Position numbers and translations under genes: made by a program
Source of the DNA: Octopus bimaculoides
Lineage: Eukaryota
Assembly: GCF_001194135.2 (NCBI RefSeq)
Contig: NC_068985.1
Span: forward strand, 2,967,070-3,031,069
Reading direction: 5' to 3'
DNA length: 64,000 bases
In this document: piece by piece, positions 52,348 to 64,000 of the stretch
Layout: each line of letters begins with the position of its first letter
Numbering within the stretch: the first letter of the stretch is position 1
Notes under the pieces: generated by a model
Databases searched by the model: none
The model's input: only the letters and a program-made list of their open reading frames with translations
What the model was told of the DNA's origin: nothing

Positions 52348-53869
52348 AAGACACATTATTCTGAAAATAGGAAACTCTTCTTTAGTTAAATCCAAGCAAT
52401 TACTGATGTTTTCAACCATCCAAACCAATCTAAAATGAAAGCATAAAGAAAATCTAAATCAAATAAAGACAGTGATTGGGATCAGCATGCATCTACAAAA
52501 TGCAGAGAAAAATCAACAAACAACAAACCCCAGAAACATTCACATGTAAGCCTGGTGGGTGGTATTAACCTCTCATGTGCCAAACATGATATAGTATAAT
52601 ATTAGATAATGTGATATTGTCAGTTAGAAGCAGAGAGTGAAAAAAACTCTTCAAAAGCAGTTTTGTTATAATTAACAACCAATATAACAGGTTTTCTTCA
52701 TCAAAGTGAAACAATAGACTAAAATATTCACAAAAGAATGATAGATTAAGAAATAATTAAAAAAATAATCTAAAAAAAAAAGTAGTAAGAAACCTACTTT
52801 TCAATATCCTGTCTGTAAACACACATGCACACACGCGTGCATGCATGCATGTGAGTTTGAGAGAGAGAGAGAGAGAGAATGATAAAAAGCATTGTAGCTA
52901 TAACAAATTAGTTTAAGTATAAAAATGGTATCTGCCTGAAGCTGTTTTTTGATGCTGATATTTTTATCGACTGTGAGAATTTCGGGGACATTGACACGAA
53001 GAAATCACAATGAGTTGCTGAGATAGAGTGGAAGAACTAAATAGTTAACAGTGGTTTGTACAACTGTTAAATACATGCACACAAAGGACACTTGGCTGGA
53101 ATAAAAGAAGAGGAAGATATACATTGTATATCTACCTCTTGTATATTATACAACTCCACAAACACATTAGAGAACAGCAGCAAGAAAAGTAAACAGGTAT
53201 TACTTCAGTGGGATTTTAGTGAAGGAATGTTCACTAGATTCAGATGTTAGAATTAGATAAGATTGTTTTGAAGAAGTTCCAGGGAATGAGAAAGAGTATA
53301 AGGGTCAGATAGAAGTAAAAAATTGAGGGGGGGGGGGGGAGAAAGAAAGGAAAAACAGTACCACAGATCAGGTAGCAACTAGAGTAAAAGAGAGGTAAGA
53401 CGTCTGGACAGAGTCCAGTGAATAAGGTGCTGGGTTTATGATAATTTATTAGATACTACAAAATTAAGTGACAAATGGTATTCTATATATTAATGATGAA
53501 AGTGGGATATTTGAAAGATAAATTCCGTACTAAAACCATAAAATAAACATTATGAATGTTTATACAAGATGAGGTAAATAGTAAGATAGAATGAGATAGG
53601 CAAACTCACAAATAAACGAACAATAAAAGAAATCATTATTATTATTATCATTATTATTATTATCCTCATCACAACTGGTGGTGTACGGGAAGAATCATTG
53701 AAGGATTGGACAAAATAGCGTGTGGTGTTTGTTTCAACGCTTTATATTCAGAGTTCAGATCTCACTGCACCTAACTTGGCTTTACAACTTTTAGAGGTTG
53801 ATAAATGAAGTACTTGTCAAGTACTAGAGTCAATATATTTGACTGTGCACTCGACTCAAATTTCAAGCC

Positions 53870-54200
53870 TTATGCCTAGATTTTGTTTCTTTGTTTGTCT
53901 GTGGACAAGATATCCCAAGAACCGCTGGGTGGATTCAGATGAAACTTTCAAGGATATTTGGCCTCGTGACTGGCACAAACCGATTTTGGGATCGATTCAG
54001 TACCGGACAAGGGTTCTGGATTATTTTTCCAGTTTTTTTTACTTAACTTTTGAGAGTGGTCGAGTTCATTTTTAGTAATCTTGTTTGTGAGAGCAGTCAA
54101 GTTTATTTCAGACATTCTCATTTTAAAAATTATCTCTGGCTAATCACTGAGAGGATGTTGGTGTTGCCTTGGAGGAGATTTGCACTCTCTGAGTGCTCTT
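53870..54200 (+). mobile_element. Helentron-associated non-autonomous element (HINE/DINE-1-like)
   Basis: tttgtttgtctgtggacaagatatc..ggattc.gatgaaacttt interior, 3' ccttggaggag and terminal hairpin gcactc-tct-gagtgc before a T-rich flank. Confidence 0.5.
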
Positions 54201-54900
54201 GTTATTATTATTATTATTATTATCTGACATGCTCAGCTTGTTGCTGGAGGTGGCATTAATACACCAGCTGTTCCCGTACAATGAACTAAATTGGACAATG
54301 TTCTTTTCAAATCTCAAGAAATTTACAGAGACTCTTTGTACTGCCAAGTAATGCTGCTTCCTGGATATGCTCTATTTTTATTTCTATTCCTGTCATTTCC
54401 AATTTTAAATTTCTTTACTCACTGTCACTACAACACCAACAATTGTTTACACAATATTATTACGGCGACAAGCTAGCAGCATCGTTTGCATGACAGGCAA
54501 AATTCTTAACAGTATTTTGTCCAGCCTTACATTCTGAGTTCAAATTTTGCCAAAATCCACTTTGCCTGTCATCCTTTTGGGGGTCAAAAGAATAAAAAAA
54601 ACAGCTGAGGACTAGGCTCAATATAATCCTCTAAACACCCACCAAAATTCTTAGCTTTGTACCCAAATTACAACTCATTATTACTACTGGGATAATGAGT
54701 CGTCAGAACTGGCAGCATGCTGGGTAAACCACTTAGTGGCATTCTATCCATCTTTATATTCTGAGTTCAAATTCCATTGAGGTCAATTTTGACTTTAGTC
54801 CTTTCAGGTTCAAGAATATAAGTATCAATTGAAATTTGGAACCATGTAATCAACGTACACCCTCCCCACTAAATCGCTGGCTTTGCACCAAACTTTGAAA

Positions 54901-55760
54901 TCATCATTATCATCATCCGTCTGCTTTCCATGCTGGCATGGGTTGGGCAATTTGACTGAAAACTGGTAAGCTGGGGAGCTGCATTAGGTTCCAGTCTGAC
55001 TTGGCATGGCTTCTACAGCTGGATGCCCTTCCTAATGCCAACCACTCCAAGAGTGGTAGGTGCTTTTTATGCGCTACCAGCATGTGTGCTAGTTAAGGGA
55101 CACAGGCATCAGCCATGACAACAATTTCACTTGGCTTGCCGGGTCTTCTCAAGCATGGCATATCACCAAAGGTCTGTCACTTTTCCTTGCCTCTGTGAGG
55201 CCCAACGTTTCATGATTGTGCTTCACCCACGTCTTCACCCATGTCTTCCTGGGTCTACCTCTTACACAGGTTCCCTCCATCATTAGAGTTCAGTACATCT
55301 TCAAACAGCTGTTGTCATCCATATACATCACATGACCATACGAGTGCAGTTGCCTCTCTTGCACACCACATCTGACGCCTCTTATGCTCAACTTTTCTCT
55401 CAAGATGCTTACACTCTGTCATGCATGCATATTGACATTACGCATCCAGCAAAGCATACTAGCTTCACTTCTTTCAAGCCTCCGGATGTCCTCAATGGCT
55501 ACAGCCCATGTTTCACTGCAGTGTAGTATGACTGTTCGCAAACAGGCATCATACAATCTGCCTTTTACTCTGAAGGACAGGCTCTTTGTTACCAGCAGGG
55601 GTAGGGGCTCTCTGAACTTTGCTCAGCATATTCTTATTCTAGCAGCTACCCTCTCGGAGCACCCACCTCTGCTGCTGACTTGGTCACCTAGGTAACAGAA
55701 GCTATCAGCTACTTCTAGTTTTCCACCCTGGAGTCTATTGATGGAGTCTATTATAACAAT
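54901..55760 (-). pseudogene. RTE LINE 3' end: RT C-terminus, 3' UTR and (GAT) tail
   Basis: GGKLEVADSFCYLGDQVSSRGGCSERVAARIRI, KGRLYDACLRTVILHCSETWAV, GRPRKTW, contiguous with the UTR family. Confidence 0.9.
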
Positions 55761-56960
55761 CATTAACAACTTCTTTATAGAAACAATGCATAAAATTCTA
55801 AATAAAGTACTCAATGCTTTAGAAAGTAGAGTTAAATACATTAATTGATAAAACTGTATACTAGTCATTAACAAATGTAAAATTCATAGATTAACCCAAA
55901 ACAAACATTGTAAATGTTGCAATAAACTCCAGCACTGCCTTGCTTTCCGCTCCCACCAAACAAGCATTTTTGTCTGAAAGGTCACATTGAAGTTAATACC
56001 TTCCAAGCACTTTTGGACTGATTTTCAGCATTCCCAATCCAACAAGCAATAAAAGGTAGGTAAACATATATGAGTCTGTGGTGAAACACCAAACCTACTA
56101 AATTAACCTGAATCAACATTGATCCAATAAGCAAAGCCTTTCCTATGCCTGATATCTAGACATCTACACTCTGTGTGTGTGTGTGTGTGCGTGTGTGTGC
56201 GTGTGTGTGTGTGTGCGTGTGTGCGTGTGTGTGTGTGTGTGTGCGTGGTTGCATGTATGTGCACACACACACATATTGATTAAATCACAGGGAATTTAAT
56301 AAGCAGATTTGAGCCACCAATATTTTATTCTATCAAGATAACTATACTTTTTTTTTACATTCTTTCATCTTTTTATGATACAAAACTCTACAAAGATTAT
56401 ATAAAACCTCTCACAAATGTGCACACACATGCATGTACGTACACACACACACACACACACAGAGTAACCACCAAAAGAAGATACTTATCAGGTTCTCCAG
56501 TTCACAGACCAACAATTTCATTAATATTCTGGTAACCTACCAGTTAACTCTGAACACTCTTGCATATCTTCCACATCTCTCACATGCAGTACATTATTCA
56601 AAGAACTGGCATACAATCACAGTTATCAAGCATTTTTACCTTTATTCTCATCACATACACACACTACAAAACACAAAGGCACATCTGTTTCCCATATATT
56701 TCACACACACTCTACAAACAGTGGGCTTAGAGACCAAACACATTTAGCCACACCCACTACCCACCTACTACTCACTTCACACACAGTATCTCCAATAAAA
56801 GACCACTCAATTATTTTGACTTCATTTTTTTTTTCGCCATTAGAAAAAAAAAATGAATAACTAAGGATCATATTAAATAAACAGAGCCACAAAATCCACT
56901 TTCAAATGAAAAATAGCTGTAAAGAACAAACCTGTTTGTATCTGTTGTGCTTATTTTAAA

Positions 56961-57582
56961 GAAATAGTGAAGTATATTTGCCACTTAAATGTGGCTGACC
57001 CCGAGGGGTGGACGTTACTGTTGCTTTTAGCCCCAGGAGGACATCTCCTCCAGCTGGCTATCGACACACATCTGTGTCCTGTGTGTATTTGCCAAGGGAA
57101 GTTATCTTTCCCATCTTGATCTACNNNNNNNNNNNNNNNNNNNNNNNNNNNNNNNNNNNNNNNNNNNNNNNNNNNNNNNNNNNNNNNNNNNNNNNNNNNN
57201 NNNNNNNNNNNNNNNNNNNNNNNNNNNNNNNNNNNNNNNNNNNNNNNNNNNNNNNNNNNNNNNNNNNNNNNNNNNNNNNNNNNNNNNNNNNNNNNNNNNN
57301 NNNNNNNNNNNNNNNNNNNNNNNNNNNNNNNNNNNNNNNNNNNNNNNNNNNNNNNNNNNNNNNNNNNNNNNNNNNNNNNNNNNNNNNNNNNNNNNNNNNN
57401 NNNNNNNNNNNNNNNNNNNNNNNNNNNNNNNNNNNNNNNNNNNNNNNNNNNNNNNNNNNNNNGAAATAGTGAAGTATATTTGCCACTTAAATGTGGCTGA
57501 CCCCGAGGGGTGGATGTTACTGTTGCTTTTAGCCCCAGGAGGACATCTCCTCCAGCTGGCTATCGACACACATCTGTGTCCT
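56961..57582. repeat. 120-bp direct repeats (56961-57080 and 57463-57582) flanking 44 bp plus an N gap
   Basis: The copies differ by 1 nt and diverge after ...tgtgtcct. Confidence 0.85.
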
Positions 57583-57887
57583 TACTATATTTAATTAACA
57601 ATTGGTACATGACAGAACACTATTATCTTCTTTAATATGTTTATGCAGAGATTTTAAAATGTTATTTAATTCTCACCTTTCTACTTAATTCATTTTAAAA
57701 AGTTCCAAGCTACTGTTTCATACAGATGGACTTTCCCGAGTTTTCTCATTGTTAAACTAGTCACACACACGCATATATTCAAATAGACAGAAATACTAAT
57801 ATATCAGGAAAGCAAAAGAGCTGACACAGGGTGGGGAACAGTCAGCTGTAATGCCTTTTAACCTCATATGCTAGTCTTCAGAGATAA

Positions 57888-59013
57888 TATTGGATCATCC
57901 CATAAATAATCTTTTCTACTCTAGGCACAAAGCCTGAAATTTGGGGAGAGGGGGCCAGTCGATGAGATCGACCCCAGTATGCAACTAGTACTTAATTTAT
58001 CGACCCCAAAAGAATGAAAGACAAAGTCGACCGTGATGGAATTTGAACTCAGAACGGAAAGACAGACAAAATACTGCTAAGTATTTCATCTGGCGTGCTG
58101 GTGTTTCCGCCAGCTCACCGTCTTGGTCACCCCATAAATAATGCGGGTTTTCCAGTTGCATGAACTAAAAGTCAATGGGGACAAGATGAACTACCTGCAT
58201 CAACTTGCTATAAAAGCAGATAGTATTCCTTGTACTTATTCTTAGTGCAAGTTTTGAAGAGTGCAGTTCGATTTTAACAGTTATTTTTACAAAGTTATAA
58301 TGAAAGTGTCAAAGAAGCATATTTGGCATATTTTGCTTTCTGAGTTCAATAAAGGCAACAATGCAACAGAAAGTGTGAGGAATATTAATGCAGTATATGG
58401 GGATTGGACAATAAGTGTAAGCCAGTGTCAATGGTGGTTCCAGAAATTCCGAGCTGGAAACTACAGCCTAGAAGATGAGCCTCATCCTGGAAGATCTGTA
58501 GAGCTCAACGAGGATGTCCTGCAAACCCTGGTGGAATAAAATCCAATCTTAACTGTTGAGGACTAGCAGAGAAGTTTGGATTTGGTCATTCAAGTTAGTG
58601 CTAGCAGAAAAATGACCATCTTTGGCTTCAAGACGAAAGGTGTTCTTCCTTCAGGATAATGCTTGGTCACATCCAGCAAGGATGACATTCCAAAGGCTGG
58701 AACACTTTTAATGGAAACGAGGCCCCACCCACCATATTTGCCAGACATTGCCCAATCTGATTATTCCACAGTCTTCAAAATCATTTGGACAGAAAAAATA
58801 TGAATTCTGTAGACGAGGTCAGAACAATACTAGAGGAGTATTTTTCACCGTGAACAAGTGAATTTTGGAAGAGGGGCCTTACAAGTCTACCAGATAGATG
58901 TAAGAGCATTGTAGAAAATGAAGGAGAGTATATTTCAGAAGTTAGTTTATGTTAAAATTGAAAAATAAAAGAAGTATAAAAAAAAACCACATTATTTATG
59001 GGATGACCCAATA
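57888..59013 (+). mobile_element. mariner element with both TIRs, internally deleted transposase (ATG 58300)
   Basis: TIR tattgg.tcatcccataaataatgcgg and its inverse at ~58984-59013. MKVSKKHIWHILLSEFNKG...LEDEPHPGR, FLQDNA, HPPYLPDIAQSDY. WVPHEL and the first catalytic Asp are missing. Confidence 0.9.
57911..58124 (-). mobile_element. SINE family B inserted within the mariner left TIR
   Basis: 18-nt TSD gatcatcccataaataat and ggtcaccccataaataat. Confidence 0.85.
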
Positions 59014-59629
59014 CTTTCATGTGTGTCAGAAGGCAGGGATATATATCGTTTAACGTCCGCTTTCCATGCTAGCATACACACACACACACACACACACANN
59101 NNNNNNNNNNNNNNNNNNNNNNNNNNNNNNNNNNNNNNNNNNNNNNNNNNNNNNNNNNNNNNNNNNNNNNNNNNNNNNNNNNNNNNNNNNNNNNNNNNNN
59201 NNNNNNNNNACACACATATATACACACACCCACCCACGCATGCACCCACGCATGCACACACACACACACACACACATATGTATGTATGTATGCATGTATG
59301 TATGTACGTACGTATAGGTCAATCAGAATGTTTTTATTCTGTAACTTTAAATCCCTTCTTCAAAGTATCTTTCTCAAGTCTACACTCTGCTCAGTTGAGG
59401 GCCTTATCTTGTGGGTACTTGGCAACTTCACCAGTGCTGGTGCAATGTAAAACTAAACACCCAGTACACTGTTAAGTGGTTGGCATTATGAAAGGTATCC
59501 TGCTGCAGAAACCATGCCAAAGCAGACATAGAACCTGGCAGAGCCCTCTGGTTTGTCTGTTATTGTTAAACCATCTAACCAATGTCAGTATGGAAAAAGG
59601 GACTTTAAATAGTGATGATGATGATGATG

Positions 59630-60580
59630 ATGGTTAGTTGAAACTTAGTTTGAAAAGTGCAATAGTGTTGTGTAAGATATGCATGGAACTGGGAAGAGAT
59701 GTGGCATCAGAACATACGGCACACAAATGGTTTGCAAGATTTCTTTCTAGGGTTAAATCCTTTGAAGATGGGCAACATTAAGAAGACCCTCCCTTAAGGA
59801 TAATGAAAAGTTGAGTATTTGTGTTGAAAGTAATTCTCAGCTATAGAGCCAAGAATTCTTACAAATATTAGACATAAGCACTGAAGCCATTTATTTAAAT
59901 TTGCATCGGTTAATAAAATCATGTGAACTAAACAAATGAGTCCCACATGCATTATCAGATGACAATAAACTCAAGAGAATAGCAATTTGTCCTTCACTCC
60001 TTTTGCATAACAAAAACAATCCCACATGATTTTGAAGTGTTTACTCACTTGTGAGGGGAAAAAATGATTCTTATACTCAAACAGGAAGATATGTGACCAC
60101 TGATTATTACCAAATGATCCAGTACTTCATCTTCAGAAGGCTGTGCTTAGTATGTGAGGGACAGCAGCCACTAGAGTCCACTTTGAGTTTCTTGATACTG
60201 GTCAAACAATTATGGCTGATCTCTACTTGATACAACTCAAGCAATATAGTTTACTTCAAAAGCAGCCAGGGTCAGTTAATGAAAAAAATGTGATATCCTT
60301 AAAATACAAAGCAAGGCTTCATATCACAAAGCTTACTCAGAGACTATTTTACAATAGCAGATATTCCCTCATCCACCAACTTCCTAATTTCGTTAAGTAA
60401 TCTTCACTTCTTTTTATCACTAAACAATTATATGCAAAACAGTTCTGCAATAAACAGAAATTGAGGAGGAAGTGGCCAGGGTTTTTTTCTTCTAAAGATA
60501 AAGTGTTTTATGAAAGCAGGATTAACAAACTTCCCTCGTTGGGAAAGAGTTGTGGCTTGTAAAGGTGTAAATTGTCAACG
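59630..60580 (+). pseudogene. Older degenerate mariner transposase
   Basis: HKWFARF, K*VPHAL (WVPHEL), LLTCEG (TCDEKW), FEFLDTGQTIMADLYLIQL, KARLH, IPSSTN (HPPYSP-like). Confidence 0.75.
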
Positions 60581-61967
60581 TTCTGTTACAAGAAAAACAA
60601 AAAATGTACAAGCATTTTAGTTGCTTATAACAGAGACTGCTTCAGCAGGTTTTGCTGAATAAAAGCTTAAATTGCATTCAGTCAAGTCTGATAACTTTAC
60701 ACTAGTATTATTTACATTTTTTATCTTTTACTTGTTTTAATCATTAAACTGCAATTATGCTGAGGCATGGCTTTGAAGAATTTTTAGTTGAATAAGTCAA
60801 CTGCAGCACCTATTTCTTTTTAAGACTGGTATTTACTCTATTGGTCTCCTTCATCAAACTGCTAAGTTCAGAGAAGAGAAAACATACCAACATACGCAAG
60901 GAAAGATGATAGTTATCTTTTGAACTTACAAAGTTCATAAGGTAATCATTTACTCCTTTGCCATCTCTTTTCTTATTACCACTCTTTACTCAACTAACAC
61001 TTTGTTTAGAAGTATACATATATTAAGTTCTACACCAGGTTATCAGTATTACAATGCCTAAGTAAAATATATATACACAAACACACACACAGAGAACAGG
61101 CTTCTTTCAGTTTCTATCTAACAAATCCACTCACAAGTCTTCGGTCAGATGCACACAAGATGCACACAACAGGACTGAACCTGGATTCAATCCCACCTTG
61201 AGTAGGACTCTTCCACCATAGTCTGGTATTGAAAAACACCCAAGTGTGAGTGAACAAATAAAGTTAAACTAAACCTCAAATCCACCAAGCTGGGCTTGTC
61301 GCTTAAAGCACCAGTCAAGAGACCCTGTAGCAAACATGTGCAGAATATAGTTGTATGAGCATTTCTCGCAGAGGAAAGCAGTGTGAGGATTGGAAGGGGA
61401 GAACAGGGGAGCAGATAGACTGCCATGGTTAAGAATTAAGATGGCTTTAAACTTTACAAGCTTATCCAACTTTATAACAAAGAAGGACAAAGTATAGTGA
61501 TGAAAATTCTATTTTAGCTATAAGTTAATATGGAGGAAGGCAAAACAATTTCACAAACAAGAATTTCCAGGAACACAATGGGAGAACCAGTATTTGCTAG
61601 TTTGAGAATCGCTGGGCTAAGCAACACTAAATGGCTCTAACTTAACATCACTTACGCAAAGTGATAAATATACATTAAGAAATTACGGGTATCCTTGATA
61701 ACAGTCAAATATAGTTTCTAAAGGATAGTGTTTCTGTTGATTTGTTCTAGAAACAATGCAATTAAGATATGCATGTATCTGTAAAGATGAACATTACATG
61801 CCAAATTGTGCACACAGAGTGTATAAGTATGAATATTCAGCTCATTAGGTTATTTTTCCGAAATCCTATAAACATTTAAAGACAGAAATCATTTACATAG
61901 AACATTAAGAGTATCTATACATATGGACATTTACAAAATTATGAATATGTATAATATCCACAAACAC

Positions 61968-62062
61968 ACGATCTCACACACAAATACACACTCTCACACA
62001 CAAAAACACACTCTCACACACAAACACACACTCTCACACACAAACACACACTCTCACACACA
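61968..62062. repeat. 20-bp tandem repeat (cacacacaaacacacactct) x~4.5
   Basis: Direct. Confidence 0.8.
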
Positions 62063-62396
62063 GACATCTACAGCTATGTGTGATCACTCAAATTATTTTC
62101 ATATATTTAGATTTGAAAACACACGTAATATTTGTGTAAATATGTACGCTTCTATGTGTAGCGATGGGTGTATGTAAATACGGATAGGAGAGTATTATGC
62201 AAATCTGTATTTGTACATGAATACATGACTATATATCTCTATGACAGCATAGAAAATGCATCTGAAAACAACTCGTATATGTCAATATGCAGATACATAA
62301 ACATATAAATCTACATTAAAAAGGATCAATATAGCCTTGTTGGACAAATGCGTAAATCTATCATTCATTCATATATACGTGTATGTGTGCATGTAT

Positions 62397-62437
62397 ATAG
62401 ATAGATAGATAGATAGAGATATAGATTAATAGATAGG

Positions 62438-62487
<50 letters not shown>
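62397..62487. repeat. (GATA)n microsatellite
   Basis: Direct. Confidence 0.95.
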
Positions 62488-63009
62488 CTGACATGGCTGT
62501 GTGGTTAACAAGCTTGCTTCCCAACTATGTGACTTTGGGTTCAGTTACAGTGTGCCACTTTGGGGAGGTGCTTTCTGCTATAACTATGGGTCAAATAAAG
62601 CCTTATGAGTGGACTAGGAAGATGAAAACTGAAAGAAGCCTATCACAAGCGTGCGTGCGTGCGTGCGTGCGTGCATCCTTGTCAAGGTATCATGTGATGA
62701 GTGTAACCAAGCCTGCTGCTCATTTCCACTCTCTCATGTCAACCACTTTTAAAGAGTGTGGATTGGGTACATTTTATGTGACACCAGCACTAGAAAGGTT
62801 ACCAAGTAACTTCACAAGACAAGATACCACAGCTGAGGGGGAGATATTGTATCAAGGGAGATGAAAGTATGATAGAGACACAGAAACAGGTGTCATGTGA
62901 GAGAGAGAGAGAGGAAGCAGATCCTCAAGGTGCAAGTGAACATAAGGGAGAAAGGATAAGGATAGAAGATCAGAAAGGGCGGGTGGATGGGTAAGGTACC
63001 AAAAGACAA

Positions 63010-64000
63010 CAGATTTCTAAACCTTCTCAGCCATTTTTTCCATCCTTATTCTAGCAACTATCTATTCAGAATATTGCCTTCCACTACTAATCAACTCTTC
63101 TAGCTGACAGAAACTATCTACTACCTGTAAGGATCTTGATGGGCATTCCAGAAAATCTATTTCCTCTGTGCCCTCATTGTTTATTGCTCCTATGCATCTG
63201 GCACAAACAAAGTCTATTTTCTCAGTTAACCTTCCTGTGATTCTGCTGCACCCATTATGTGCCTACAGGTCGCACTGAATACAAAGCATGGAGTTTCTGC
63301 TGGCAACTTTCAGCCTACATATAAAACAGGGATATTTATCTGAAAGGATTAGTGTCGTCTGTTTTCCTGCTCACAAGAACTTTAGTCTTAAGTTAACTTT
63401 AAAGCCCTTTGATTCCAGGTTTTGCATCCATGCCTGGAAGTTTGTTGCTAATTCTACTAGTTTCAGCTATAATAAAGTTGTTAGCATAAAGAAGTTTCTA
63501 TGGATAACCACTGTTATGGCCTGGAAGACAAGGATAAATAAGAGGGAACTAAAAACAAAACTCTAGAGAAGTCCTGCCAGCACACTACAGTCATCAACCC
63601 ACATAATGCTAATTCTTGCCCTACTGACAGCAGACTGTACATAGCTTGGGTGGCTCTCACCAGCCATTTATTTGCTCCTAACTTCTACAGTGACCATCTG
63701 ATCAAGGAGTGAAGGACCCTACTGAAAGCTTTCTCCAGGCCAAGAAAAACCAACTATAGTCCTTTACTTTTGGCTACATAATCATCCTGTGGTTGCCTCA
63801 GAATGAAGAGAGCATCAGTAGTACTTCTAAACTGCATCTCACCTAGGCTAATTCTCTTCCTAATTAGTTAGGCTATAACTCTTTCTGTAACTTTCATGAC
63901 TTGGTCCATCATTTGACACCTCTGTAATTACTTCAAGGCATCTTCTTTACCTATGTAACATTTGATTTTAATGCTGCTGCACCAGCTGTGGAGTATGATA
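63010..64000 (-). pseudogene. RTE LINE reverse transcriptase remnant with embedded Cys/His finger, runs off the window edge
   Basis: NYRGVKMMDQVMKVTERVI, RSTTDALFILRQ, LEKAFSRV, ELLYANN (YADD), LESKGFKVN, YPCFIC..CIQC..AHNGC..FVCARC, LQVVDSFC. Confidence 0.85.

Overview
AT-rich, microsatellite-dense eukaryotic scaffold with four N gaps. Its SINE, RTE and Dong repeat families point to a coleoid cephalopod, probably an octopus (inference). Almost all recognisable sequence is transposon-derived: several tRNA-headed SINE families, RTE and R4/Dong LINE remnants, a Penelope-like element, mariner, Tc1 and Tigger remnants, hAT and piggyBac-type MITEs, and a Helentron-like element, often nested. No host gene could be named. 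Only low-confidence candidate exons are visible, on both strands. There is no rRNA, true tRNA or CRISPR. The most interesting signals are: (1) two hammerhead-ribozyme motifs in short retroelements, one behind a Pol III-type head inside a Penelope remnant and one in a 151-bp insertion with an 11-bp TSD; (2) a related element showing compensatory hairpin changes and 120-bp direct repeats around a gap (retrozyme-like); (3) an R4/Dong LINE with twin-priming-like 5' inversion geometry; (4) an RTE reverse transcriptase carrying a PHD-like zinc finger, with a ~66-bp tandem array in the same family's 3' UTR. All translations, alignments and boundaries were done by eye and repeat boundaries are approximate.
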